From positions 15,503 through 79,502 of the forward strand of contig JACPTQ010000014.1 of the NCBI GenBank assembly GCA_016192705.1: DNA of 64,000 nt. Direction: 5' to 3'. Below, piece after piece: positions 54,924-64,000 of this stretch. Origin of the DNA: Deltaproteobacteria bacterium (GTDB lineage Bacteria; Myxococcota; JACPTQ01). Both the position numbers and the translations under genes were made by a program. How positions within the stretch are numbered: position 1 is the stretch's first letter; each line of letters starts with the position of its first letter. Under the pieces are notes generated by a model. The model was not told the DNA's origin. It did not search any database and saw only the letters and a list, made by a program, of their open reading frames with translations.

Positions 54924-56402
54924 ATGTCGAAACGAGTTGTGCAGATCGGCGTTCAGGAAGTTGCGGCGCGGGTTCGCGAGGCGCGCGAGGCAGAGCGCGA
55001 GTGGGCGCGGCGTGCGGCGTCGGAGCGTGCGGGCGTCATGCGCGGCGTTCGTGCGGCGTTTTTGGATGCGGCCGAGGCGATTGTCGATGCGACGGCGCGT
55101 GAGACGGGGAAGCCGCGCGCGGAGGCGTGGCTCGGCGATTTTATTCCAAACGTCGATTTGTTCGGCTATTGGATTAAGGAAGCGCCGCGACTTCAGCGCC
55201 CCGAGCGGGTGTGGCTAAACCCGATCAACTTTCCGCGCAAGCGCGCGACAATTGAGCTGGTCCCGCGCGGTGTCGTCGCTCTCATCACGCCGTGGAACTA
55301 TCCGGTGTCGATCCCGCTTCGCACGATCGTTCCGGCACTGCTCGCGGGGAATGCGGTCGTCTGGAAGCCGTCCGAAGTCGCGCCCGAAGTGGCTGGGCTC
55401 GTCGCAGACACTTTCGAGAAAGGTGGACTGCCGCGCGGATTGCTCACGACCGTGATGGGCGAAGGCGATGTCGGCGATGCCGTGGTGCGCGCTGAAGTTG
55501 ATCATGTGGTCTTCACGGGTGGTCTTGCGACCGGGCGCCTCGTCGTACGCGCTGCGGCGGAGCGGATGACGTCGTGTTCGCTTGAGCTCGGTGGAAAAGA
55601 TGCGGCGATTGTTTTGGACGATGCGAACCTCGACCGTGCGATTCCCGGGGTCGCGTGGGGCGCATTCACGAACGCGGGGCAAAACTGCGCGGGAATTGAG
55701 CGCGTTTTTGTGACGCGTGAGGTTTCGAAGAAATTCATCGACGGTCTCGTTGCGTACACGGCGACGTTGAAGTCGGGAAGCGACGTCGGGGCGCTGACGA
55801 CGGACAGGCAGTTCGAGATCGTCAAGGCGCATGTCGCCGATGCCGTTGAACGTGGCGGGAAGGTGCGGGTGGGCGGGAAGCCCGGCAGGGGAAAGCGCGA
55901 GTTCGAGCCGACGGTGCTTACCGATGTTGCGCGCGACGCGAAGGTTTTTACGGATGAGACGTTTGGACCGGTGGTGCCCGTTGAAGTCGTTGAGACCGCG
56001 GACGAGGCGGTTCGGCGCGCAAACGAGGCGGGTTACGGATTGACGGCGAGCCTTTGGACGGCGGATGAGGCGGGTGCGGTGAAGCGCGCACGGGTGCTGG
56101 AGTGTGGCGTCGTCAGCGTTAACAACCACGCGTTCACGGGCGCGGTGCCGTCACTGCCGTGGACGGGCGTCAAGGGATCGGGGCACGGGATCACAAATTC
56201 GAAGTATGCGTTTTTCGAATTGACGCGGCCGAAGACGCTTCTTGTCGATCGGCTCGGTGCGGCGCGAGAGCCGTGGTGGTTCCCTTACGGTTCGCGGGCG
56301 GAGGCGCTTGGGAAGGCGATGGTGGAAGTCATGCGCCACGGGCCGTCGCGCGTGCCGGGGCTCCTCGGTGCGTTTGCGTCGCGGTGGAAGGAGACGGAGT
56401 GA
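54924..56402 (+). CDS. NAD(P)-dependent aldehyde dehydrogenase
   Basis: ALDH motifs ..ELGGKDA.. (catalytic Glu region) and ..FTNAGQNCAGIER.. (catalytic Cys region). Confidence 0.85.
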   Translation: MSKRVVQIGVQEVAARVREAREAEREWARRAASERAGVMRGVRAAFLDAAEAIVDATARETGKPRAEAWLGDFIPNVDLFGYWIKEAPRLQRPERVWLNPINFPRKRATIELVPRGVVALITPWNYPVSIPLRTIVPALLAGNAVVWKPSEVAPEVAGLVADTFEKGGLPRGLLTTVMGEGDVGDAVVRAEVDHVVFTGGLATGRLVVRAAAERMTSCSLELGGKDAAIVLDDANLDRAIPGVAWGAFTNAGQNCAGIERVFVTREVSKKFIDGLVAYTATLKSGSDVGALTTDRQFEIVKAHVADAVERGGKVRVGGKPGRGKREFEPTVLTDVARDAKVFTDETFGPVVPVEVVETADEAVRRANEAGYGLTASLWTADEAGAVKRARVLECGVVSVNNHAFTGAVPSLPWTGVKGSGHGITNSKYAFFELTRPKTLLVDRLGAAREPWWFPYGSRAEALGKAMVEVMRHGPSRVPGLLGAFASRWKETE

Positions 56403-57739
56403 ACGGCGCGCCCGCGCAACTCTTTGACGAAACGCTCGAACTTCTCCGCACCCTGATTCGAATCGACACGACGAACCCGCCCGGCAACGAACTCCCGGCG
56501 GCAGAGCTTCTCGCCGATTATTTTCGGCGGGCGGGACTCGAACCCGTTTTGCTCGAATCTGCGCCCGGACGCGGAAATCTCGTCGTGCGCGTCCGCGGCG
56601 ACGGAACGCTACCACCCCTTCTGTTGACGGGGCATCTCGACGTCGTTCCAGCCGAGGCGGACGCATGGACGCATCCACCCTTCTCTGGCGACGTCGCGGA
56701 TGGGTGCGTTTGGGGGCGCGGCGCGGTCGACATGAAGCAGATGGTCGCGCTTTCGGCAGCCGTCGTTGCGGCGATGGCGCGTGAAGGGCGGAAACTCACG
56801 CGGGATTTGGTTTTTGCGGCCGTCGCGGACGAGGAAGAAGGGTGCACGTTCGGTTCGAAGTTTCTGGTTGACGAGCATAAGGACCTCGTCGCCGCGGAGT
56901 ACGCGCTCGGCGAAGTGGGTGGTTTCACGGTTGCGATGAACGGGCGAACGATTGTGCCGGTGCAGGTCGCGCAGAAAGGGATCGTGTGGCTGCGAGCGCG
57001 GGCCGAGGGTGACCCCGGGCACGGGTCGATGCCGACGCGCGCCAATGCGACGGTTCGGCTTGCGCGGGCGATGGCGCGGCTTGGCGAGTCGCGGCTGCCG
57101 CAGCACAACACCGAAGTGATGGAGCGCTTTATTCACGCGGTTGCCGACACCCAGCCTGCGCTCAAGGGGTTTATCTTGCGCCGGCTGCTGAGCCCCACGT
57201 TTTCGGATTTCATTTTGACGCGTCTCTTCCCCGACCCGGATCTTGCGCGCCCGTTTTATGCGCTCCTCTCAAACACGGCGACGCCGACGGTTCTGCGCGC
57301 GGGCTCAAAGACGAACGTGATTCCGAGTGTCGCGGAAGGCGAGATCGACGGGCGCACGTTGCCCGGTCAGTCGGCTGACGATCTTGTGCGCGAGGTCTTT
57401 GAGGTTACAGGAACGGCCATCGACCTCGAACCGATGCGCGTATTGCCGCCCCTTGAGACCGATGTCGACACACCGCTTTTCGTGGCGATTCGCGCCGCGG
57501 TGAATCGGCACTTGCCCGACGCGACGGTCGTTCCGTCGCTGACGCCAGGCTTCACCGACGCGGTGAACTTCGCGCGGCTGGGGACGAAATATTACGGCTT
57601 TGTGCCGACGGTTTTCCCCGAGTCGATGAAGTTCAGTCGCCTCTTTCATGGACACGACGAACGCGTTCCCATCGATGGGTTGCGCGTGGGGCTCGATGTC
57701 CTTTACGACCTCGTGACGACTTTTTGTTGCGCCGTGTGA
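56399..57739 (+). CDS. M20 family metallopeptidase (ArgE/DapE/CPG2-like)
   Basis: GTG start overlapping ALDH stop (GTGA); motifs ..LTGHLDVVPA.., ..GRGAVDMKQ.., ..ADEEEG... Confidence 0.8.
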   Translation: MNGAPAQLFDETLELLRTLIRIDTTNPPGNELPAAELLADYFRRAGLEPVLLESAPGRGNLVVRVRGDGTLPPLLLTGHLDVVPAEADAWTHPPFSGDVADGCVWGRGAVDMKQMVALSAAVVAAMAREGRKLTRDLVFAAVADEEEGCTFGSKFLVDEHKDLVAAEYALGEVGGFTVAMNGRTIVPVQVAQKGIVWLRARAEGDPGHGSMPTRANATVRLARAMARLGESRLPQHNTEVMERFIHAVADTQPALKGFILRRLLSPTFSDFILTRLFPDPDLARPFYALLSNTATPTVLRAGSKTNVIPSVAEGEIDGRTLPGQSADDLVREVFEVTGTAIDLEPMRVLPPLETDVDTPLFVAIRAAVNRHLPDATVVPSLTPGFTDAVNFARLGTKYYGFVPTVFPESMKFSRLFHGHDERVPIDGLRVGLDVLYDLVTTFCCAV

Positions 57740-58059
57740 GCAGGTTTCGGTCGCCGCGCACCCAGGTAATGCCCCAGGAGAAACCAGTCGCGCGCCGACA
57801 TCGCCGTGAACCGAACGCCGACGCCGTCGTTTGGTCCCGCGCGGACCACTTTGCCGATGGCGCGAATGACAACGTTTGATTTTGGAATTTCAAATTCAAG
57901 CCCCATGACATCGGGCAGTGACGACGGCTCGAGAATCGGCTCGAGAAAAACGCCGGACGCGGACAAGTCGGTCGCGCGCGACAGAAAAACGCCGCTCGTT
58001 GTGCGCTTGTTGACGAAGAGGCTTGTCTCGTGCCGGAGGAAACGACGCCGATTCTTCAT
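57703..58059 (-). CDS. PilZ domain protein
   Basis: N-terminal RRRFLRHE.. (RxxxR-like) and ..DLSASGVFL.. (D.S.GG-like) c-di-GMP-binding motifs, about 118 aa. Confidence 0.5.
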   Translation of the reverse strand: MKNRRRFLRHETSLFVNKRTTSGVFLSRATDLSASGVFLEPILEPSSLPDVMGLEFEIPKSNVVIRAIGKVVRAGPNDGVGVRFTAMSARDWFLLGHYLGARRPKPAHTAQQKVVTRS

Positions 58060-58128
58060 GGCGCGAACCTAGCACGTTGGTTCGATTTGGCCAAAAAACT
58101 GGGTCGGGTGGTGATGGTTCGTGCGGAA

Positions 58129-59151
58129 TTAGCTCGACACCGACAGAACCCAATCGGGCACGGACCGTGGGGTTGAGATGGCCGGAAGTCGACCCGCGAA
58201 GGTCTGCCAGAAAAGAATGGGGCCCGCGTTGCGAGACGCGTTGGAAGCGCGCGTAAGGAACGCCGCGAACGCTTTGGCCGTGTAAGTCGTTTCGAGCGCG
58301 AGGCCTTGGGCTTGCGCGGTCGCAACGGCTTCGTGCGCGGCTTCTGTCGGATGGGCGTATCCGGCGCCAAGTTGCGTGTCGTCGAGGCGAAGGAGTTTCG
58401 CCGCCTGCGCCACGTATCGCGCATCGCGGATCGACTGCGCGGTTCCACGGATAACGTGCAATGCGCGCGCAATGAGTGCAAGCGTTGCCGGGCGCGACGA
58501 GACAGGGAGCGGCACGACGCGAACGCCAACGACCGTGATGTCCAGGTCTTTGAGCGCGAAACCGAGAGCGAGACCGGCCGCCGTTCCTGAAGAACCGAAT
58601 GGGACAAAGACGGCTTGTGGTTTTGGACAATCGCCGCGGTGGATTTGGTCCGCGAACTCGAACGCGGCTTCGACGAAGCCGACCGTTCCGATGGGTGACG
58701 ATCCGCCACCTGGTATCCACGCGACGCGCGGCGAGAGCGACATGCGAAGGACCGCAGCCGCATCCGCGAGGAGAGACCTCGATGTCGGCGGCAGGCGGCG
58801 CACATCCGCAAGCGATGCGGTCGCGCGAAGCGTTTCGCAATCTTTCGGCGACATCGGCTGCGGGAAGAGGAGAGCATGCGGCTCGAATCCGGCGGCGCGC
58901 GCGTACCAAGCCGTAGCGAACGCGTGATGCGATCCGTAAGCGCCGAGCGTCCAAATGGATTCGTGACCGCGCGACTTGGCCGCGGCGAGCAAAAATTCGA
59001 GCTTCCGAACTTTGTTGCCGCCGTATGACGTGCTTGATTCGTCGTCGCGCTTAACCCAGACTTCGCGTCCCGCCTCTTCCGACAAACCAGTTAGCCGATG
59101 GACGCGAGTCGGAAGCGTCGCGAGCGAAAGCCTCGGAACGTCGGTTGTCAT
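58129..59151 (-). CDS. PLP-dependent ACC deaminase / D-cysteine desulfhydrase family protein
   Basis: ..VKRDDESSTSYGGNKVRKLEFLL.. with PLP-lysine context typical of this fold-type II family. Confidence 0.8.
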   Translation of the reverse strand: MTTDVPRLSLATLPTRVHRLTGLSEEAGREVWVKRDDESSTSYGGNKVRKLEFLLAAAKSRGHESIWTLGAYGSHHAFATAWYARAAGFEPHALLFPQPMSPKDCETLRATASLADVRRLPPTSRSLLADAAAVLRMSLSPRVAWIPGGGSSPIGTVGFVEAAFEFADQIHRGDCPKPQAVFVPFGSSGTAAGLALGFALKDLDITVVGVRVVPLPVSSRPATLALIARALHVIRGTAQSIRDARYVAQAAKLLRLDDTQLGAGYAHPTEAAHEAVATAQAQGLALETTYTAKAFAAFLTRASNASRNAGPILFWQTFAGRLPAISTPRSVPDWVLSVSS

Positions 59152-59158
59152 CGGCGCT

Positions 59159-60412
59159 TCAAAAGGTCACCTCGCGACCGCCCTTCCAAACGCGAACCGC
59201 GTGCGAAACACCGAAATGATAAAAGAGCTCCGCGACGCTGCGGACGCCCCACAAAACGAAATCCGCTTCCTTACCGGCTTCGAGGCTTCCGACGCGCGTC
59301 TCAAGCCCGACGGCGTTTGCCGCGGCGTGGGTGATTGCATACAGCGCTTCGCTCGGCGACATCCCGTAGCGCATACAGGCGAGGCTCCCCATGAGCAGTA
59401 GGTTCTCAGTCATCGACGTGCCCGGATTTAAATCGGTTGCAACCGCGACCTTCACGCCCGCCGCAAGGAGTTTTCGCGCGGGTGCGACGAGGTGATCGCC
59501 CGGGCCGAGGGCGGCACCTGGGAGAAGAACGGCGACGACGCGTGCCTTGGCGAGGGCGTCGATTCCCTCGGGCGAAATCCGTTCGAGGTGGTCGGCTGAC
59601 GTGGCGCCAACCTCAGCCGCGAGCTCTGCGGCATGTGTGCACGACAATTGGTCGGCATGCATTTTCGGTTTTAAGCCGGATCGCGCCGCGGCCGCGAACA
59701 CCGTGCGCGCCTCGTCGACCGAAAACGCGCCGTCATCCACGAAGACGTCGCAAAACGCTGCGAGGCCATCGAACGCAATCTCCGGAATCATCTCCTTTAC
59801 AATCTTCTCGATATACGCGGCCCGGTCGTGTCGATACTCGCGCGGAAAAACGTGCGCACCGAGAAAAGTTGGCACGACATCGACGGGCTGGCCGGACGTC
59901 GCGCGCTTCAGGACGCGCAGCGCCCGCAGCTCGTTTTCTGTATCGAGACCGTAACCCGACTTTGCCTCAACCGTCGTGATGCCAAACGACAACGCCCGTG
60001 CGAGGCGTCCGCGCACCAGGCGCTCAAGCTCGTCATCGCTGGCCGCGCGCGTCGCAATGACGGTGCGAAGGATTCCACCGCCGTTTTGAGCGATATCGAG
60101 GTATTTTTCGCCCGCGATGCGCCGTTCAAATTCGTCCGCGCGATTTCCGGCAAATACGGGGTGCGTGTGCGAATCGACGAGACCCGGCGTCACCAAGTAC
60201 CCAGCCGCGTCGATCTGAGCGACGTCGGCCCAGCTGCGGCGCACGTCAGATGCGGGCAACACCTCGACGACGCGTCCGTCCCGAACGAGCATCGTCGCGC
60301 GACGTATCTCAGCGGACAATCCCGGTGTTGCGCGGGGAGTAACACACGGCGCGACAACGGCGTTCGTGATGACGAGGTCAGGGGGACGAAATGGATCCAA
60401 GTTCGATTGCAT
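59159..60412 (-). CDS. hutI: imidazolonepropionase
   Basis: ..GLVDSHTHPVFAGNRADEFERRIAGEKYLDIAQNGGGILRTV.ATRAAS.. matches the HutI amidohydrolase signature. Confidence 0.8.
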   Translation of the reverse strand: MQSNLDPFRPPDLVITNAVVAPCVTPRATPGLSAEIRRATMLVRDGRVVEVLPASDVRRSWADVAQIDAAGYLVTPGLVDSHTHPVFAGNRADEFERRIAGEKYLDIAQNGGGILRTVIATRAASDDELERLVRGRLARALSFGITTVEAKSGYGLDTENELRALRVLKRATSGQPVDVVPTFLGAHVFPREYRHDRAAYIEKIVKEMIPEIAFDGLAAFCDVFVDDGAFSVDEARTVFAAAARSGLKPKMHADQLSCTHAAELAAEVGATSADHLERISPEGIDALAKARVVAVLLPGAALGPGDHLVAPARKLLAAGVKVAVATDLNPGTSMTENLLLMGSLACMRYGMSPSEALYAITHAAANAVGLETRVGSLEAGKEADFVLWGVRSVAELFYHFGVSHAVRVWKGGREVTF

Positions 60413-61307
60413 GCCAACGAAAACGACTCTCGAGGATCGTTTTCCAATACGCTACCTTATGTCCCCCCTGCCAGTAAACGCCGGGCGGCGAGGTGGCCGG
60501 TCCGTCGAGAATTACGTCGTGCGCGAGCCCCGCAGCTATCCAGCGCGCCGACACTTCGCGCGTCGAAGGTCCCGAGTCGAGGGGCTTTCCACGCGGGTCT
60601 TTCGCGTCGCTCGTTTGGATGCGAAGTTTTAACGAGCCTGCGTCGACGCGTGCTTTGATTGCGGCGAGCTCGGCGTCGCTGTAACGGTTTTGCATCTGTA
60701 GTTTCTTGTTGGCGAAACCAACGCCGGGACCATAAAAGGCTGCGCTCATGCACGCCGCCGCGCGAAACACGGTTGGATTCGACAGCGCGTACTGAATCGC
60801 GTTGTAGCCTCCGAGCGAAATCCCGTCGATCGCCATTCGCTCCGGCTGTTCGCCCACGTTACCCATGACGCGCTTCCACACGAGCGACGGGAATTCCTTC
60901 GTCACGAACTTGTGCCACTTGGCGAATTTTCCGGTCGTGCCCGTCACGTAATAGACGCGGCTTGACTCGGGCTCGGACGGCATCACTTGATCGGGCGATG
61001 CAAACACGAACTTATTCACTGCGCTGTCGCCAAACAGTTTGTCGAGCGTCGGGTAAACGCCCAGGTTCTTGAAGAGGCCGTTTACGTAGGGTTCGCCGGT
61101 TTGAAGGAAGACAAGGACCGGGAGTCGCTGTCCCTTTTCAAATCCCTTCGGCAAGTAAACGCTGTACGTGCGCCGTCCGAGCGATGGGAACGTCGACGTG
61201 CAGCGAAAGGTCGTGCCGATCGTCGGCGGTGACGTGACGATCTTGCAATCGGACGGGGGCGCGTACCCCAAAAGTGTCGACAGCAAGGTCGTAGCGACCA
61301 TCGTCAT
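60378..61307 (-). CDS. alpha/beta-hydrolase esterase (putative esterase family)
   Basis: Nucleophile elbow GISLGG, length about 300 aa; ATGA overlap with upstream HEAT gene stop. Confidence 0.6.
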   Translation of the reverse strand: MTMVATTLLSTLLGYAPPSDCKIVTSPPTIGTTFRCTSTFPSLGRRTYSVYLPKGFEKGQRLPVLVFLQTGEPYVNGLFKNLGVYPTLDKLFGDSAVNKFVFASPDQVMPSEPESSRVYYVTGTTGKFAKWHKFVTKEFPSLVWKRVMGNVGEQPERMAIDGISLGGYNAIQYALSNPTVFRAAACMSAAFYGPGVGFANKKLQMQNRYSDAELAAIKARVDAGSLKLRIQTSDAKDPRGKPLDSGPSTREVSARWIAAGLAHDVILDGPATSPPGVYWQGGHKVAYWKTILESRFRWHAIELGSISSP

Positions 61308-62545
61308 TTAGCAGCTCCTAAGAGTGCCCCGGCGGCGCGAAGCGAAACGCGGAAATCTGCGGACTGCATGGCTGTGCGAATATCCGCGACGCGCAGGAGT
61401 TCGCCCACAGCGCACAATCGGACAGCGGGCTCGACATCCGAAAGACCAGCAATGTGTCGGGCTGCATCGTAAAGCCCGCCGTACATTGTGCCTTCCCATT
61501 TCCGTATTTCCTCGCATTTTCTATTCAGATAGTCGAATCGCCCGCTGTACCGCATCGCCTCGCACCGATCCGCAGCCGCCGCCGAATCGGCCTTCGCTTC
61601 TAAATCAGCGCCGTAAGCAACTCGTGCGGCCGCACGACGCACCCACCACGACCTGTCCTTTTCAAGCGCCCGAACCTGTCGCTCCGCCGCGTCGCAATGC
61701 GGTGCCGTCAATGCGGGCGCTTTCAAGAACGCGCCAAGGGCTCGCGCCGCGCGCCATCGTACTTGCGCGAACTTGTGCTTCGCCGCCTTTTCGAGGAGCG
61801 CGAGCTTTTTCGCCGGTGCGATGTTGAACGCCGCGATGGCATCGACTGCGTTCGTCGAGACGTTGCCGTCGCCGCGGTAACGAAGGGCGCGCTCGAGGAT
61901 CGGAACGCGCACGCCATCTGAAACGTGCTCGAGCATGAGCGGCGCCCAGCGCACAGCCCACCCCTCGGTCTTTTCGACGCCCGGCCGTTTTGGCCCCACG
62001 GTTTTGTCGGAGAGCGCCCCGCGAATGATTCGCAGCGCTTCGCCGCGCACCGCCGGCGCCTCAGCCATCGCGCGCATGGCGGCCCAGTACCGCGCCTCTT
62101 TGTGCGATCCGCGCATGATCGCCTTCAATGCTTTTTCGTGAACGCACTTCTCTTTAAGCGCCGTCCAATCGGTTTTCGACGAACACTGAACACCCGTGTC
62201 CGGCGTCGCAGGGTGCATCTTGTGTGTGCGGTACTCGGCGAGCGACAAGTCGTCATCGTACGTCGCGATCGGCCGCAAATCCGCGCAGCCACCGGGCTTC
62301 CCGGCGCCGATCTCTTCGAGCTTATCGACGACGGCGAGCCTCACGTTGAACTTTTCGTCGGCTGCCGCAATCCTTAAGAGCGGCTCAACATCGGCGCATG
62401 GGCCTTTCGGCAGCGCGCGAACGGCGGTGAGGCGAACGCGCACGTCGGGCGAGCGCAACGCCTCCTCGAGCTTTTTTTTCGCTTCGGCGCGCGCGTCATC
62501 TTTTTGTCCGAGAGACGCGATGGCAACAAGAACAGCGAACATCAT
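61304..62545 (-). CDS. HEAT/ARM-like repeat protein, secreted
   Basis: Signal peptide (MMFAVLVAIASLG), repeated ..VR..A..AL.. helices; ATGA overlap with upstream gene. Confidence 0.45.
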   Translation of the reverse strand: MMFAVLVAIASLGQKDDARAEAKKKLEEALRSPDVRVRLTAVRALPKGPCADVEPLLRIAAADEKFNVRLAVVDKLEEIGAGKPGGCADLRPIATYDDDLSLAEYRTHKMHPATPDTGVQCSSKTDWTALKEKCVHEKALKAIMRGSHKEARYWAAMRAMAEAPAVRGEALRIIRGALSDKTVGPKRPGVEKTEGWAVRWAPLMLEHVSDGVRVPILERALRYRGDGNVSTNAVDAIAAFNIAPAKKLALLEKAAKHKFAQVRWRAARALGAFLKAPALTAPHCDAAERQVRALEKDRSWWVRRAAARVAYGADLEAKADSAAAADRCEAMRYSGRFDYLNRKCEEIRKWEGTMYGGLYDAARHIAGLSDVEPAVRLCAVGELLRVADIRTAMQSADFRVSLRAAGALLGAAK

Positions 62546-63753
62546 GGCGCCACATCGAACGCGTAAAAGAACCCGTCGCGGCTCCCCACGTAAATCGCTC
62601 CGTCGACAATGACCGCGGTCGAAATCACATAGTTCCCCGTTTGAAATCGCCCAATCCCTTTGCCGGTCGCGGCGTCGACGCGATGAATCACTCCCGCCCA
62701 ATCGCCGACGACAACCTGCCCATCGACGACCACCGGTGACGCCCAAATCCCCGCGTCGGCCTTGTACTTCCAAAGGACGCGCCCGTCATCCGGATCGAAT
62801 GCATAAAGATGCCCGTCATCGCTCCCGACAATCACTTTGCCGTCGGCGATCGCCGCGCTCGACCAAACGCCGCCGTGCGTTTTTCGTTTCCAAATCAGCT
62901 CGCCGGTTTCCGCGTCGATCGCATAGACCCACGAATTCTCACTTCCCAAGTAAAGACGCCCGTTCCAGTACGCCGCTGTCGTGTCGGTGTCGTCGCCCGT
63001 TTCGAACGTCCAAATCAACGTCCCATTCCGTCGATCGAGCGCATACAAATGCCCATCGTAATTCGCAACGTACAATCGATGCCCAACGATCGTCGGCGAC
63101 GATTCAACATCGGCGGTTGTCTGATACTTCCATTGCACTTTTCCCGTCTTTGGGTCGGCCGCGTAAATGCCGCCGTTCTCGCTCGCGAAGTAGAGCACGC
63201 CATCAAAAACGATCGGCGCCACATCGATGTCGCGCCCCGGCGTTGGAATGCTCCATCGCTTTTTCCCCGTGCGCCGGTCATAGGCATCCATGCGATGCGA
63301 TCGCGACCCGACGAAAATCGTTTCGCTCCAAACGCCCATCGAACACTTGATCGACCGCCCCACGCGCGTCTCCCAGCGCTTCTTTCCATCTTTCGTTCGC
63401 AGCGCATAAAGCCACCCGTCGACCGACCCCACGTAAACCATGTCGCCGACGACCGTCGCTTGCCCCGACCACCCCGTTCCCGTCCAAACGAGCGGCTTTC
63501 CGCCCGCCTTAATCCGTTCATCGATGAGCTCGCGCGTTTTGAACTTCCACCGCACCTTCATCTTGCCGCGCCCGAGTTTTCCGCGCCCGTAGTAAGCCCG
63601 CCGCGCGTCGCCGCGAAACATTTGGATCGTTTCTTTCGAAAACGAATAGCCAGCCTTCGACGCCTCGTCGAACGTTTCGGGGAACGGCTCATCCGCGCGC
63701 GCTGTTTCAAGCGCGCCAAGCAAAAGCGCCGTGAAGAGAAGAGCGGATTTCAT
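62542..63753 (-). CDS. PQQ-like beta-propeller repeat protein (BamB-like)
   Basis: Signal peptide (MKSALLFTALLLGALETARA); repeated ..DG.LYA.D..TGK..W.. blades. Confidence 0.6.
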   Translation of the reverse strand: MKSALLFTALLLGALETARADEPFPETFDEASKAGYSFSKETIQMFRGDARRAYYGRGKLGRGKMKVRWKFKTRELIDERIKAGGKPLVWTGTGWSGQATVVGDMVYVGSVDGWLYALRTKDGKKRWETRVGRSIKCSMGVWSETIFVGSRSHRMDAYDRRTGKKRWSIPTPGRDIDVAPIVFDGVLYFASENGGIYAADPKTGKVQWKYQTTADVESSPTIVGHRLYVANYDGHLYALDRRNGTLIWTFETGDDTDTTAAYWNGRLYLGSENSWVYAIDAETGELIWKRKTHGGVWSSAAIADGKVIVGSDDGHLYAFDPDDGRVLWKYKADAGIWASPVVVDGQVVVGDWAGVIHRVDAATGKGIGRFQTGNYVISTAVIVDGAIYVGSRDGFFYAFDVAP

Positions 63754-63769
63754 GCGGGTCAAAGTGATG

Positions 63770-64000
63770 TCAATCGTTCGAAGGGGCGGGCGCCGGCGGC
63801 GCATCGGGCTGTTTTGGCGCGCACTGCTGCATCACCTTCGGAATCTCCGTCTGAATGAACGTCCGCATCTGTTCGCCGACCTCTTTCATCGCGATCGGCA
63901 TCTTCTTCATCATCGCGCGCCCGAGCTTGCTCGTGTAGAACTTGTGCATCGCGTTGATTTCATCGCCCGTCAAAATTCGCGCGAGCACCTCGACCGACTT
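63770..64000 (-). CDS. DUF2059-like protein (5' partial; continues beyond window end)
   Basis: ..LTGDEINAMHKFYTSKLGRAMMKKMPIAMKEV.. resembles the DUF2059 motif; reading frame is open to the window edge. Confidence 0.35.
   Translation of the reverse strand, partial: KSVEVLARILTGDEINAMHKFYTSKLGRAMMKKMPIAMKEVGEQMRTFIQTEIPKVMQQCAPKQPDAPPAPAPSND

Overview
High-GC (roughly 65-70%) bacterial chromosomal segment. Gene content (two proteins with an AgmX/PglI-type Cys-containing C-terminal domain, a giant Cys-rich repeat lipoprotein with a MopE-like motif, many REC / sigma-54 / GGDEF / PilZ regulators) suggests a Myxococcota-like genome; this is inference from memory of protein families, not a database result. 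About 50 protein-coding genes are supportable. No rRNA, tRNA or CRISPR array was seen by eye. The ORF-track start codon may be GTG/TTG, so starts are approximate. Housekeeping content includes ybeY/phoH/7TM-HD, ggt, uvrC, ogt-alkA, plsC, mazG, dtd, hutI and a mazG-epimerase-WecA-PglF sugar-initiation operon. The most interesting signal is a family of three non-coding, mosaic, MITE-like repeats (17772-18304, 21019-21373, 44524-45252) with imperfect inverted termini and perfect flanking direct repeats of 11 and 22 bp; copy C sits between an SD-ATG and the body of a hotdog thioesterase gene. Other points of interest: a low-GC NeuB-family gene inside a minus-strand surface-glycan-like cluster (UbiA prenyltransferase, MDR oxidoreductase, BNR/Asp-box lipoprotein); a translationally coupled OM barrel / SpoIVB-like S55 peptidase / beta-propeller trio; a collagen-like lipoprotein with a T8-C-T7 tract in its signal-peptide codons; and dtd apparently starting at ATT. 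Caveat: several genes show run-on 3' ends or apparent 1-nt frameshifts (ybeY/HD tails, DsbD-N-like gene, lipoprotein-cytochrome pair), which may be indel errors rather than biology.
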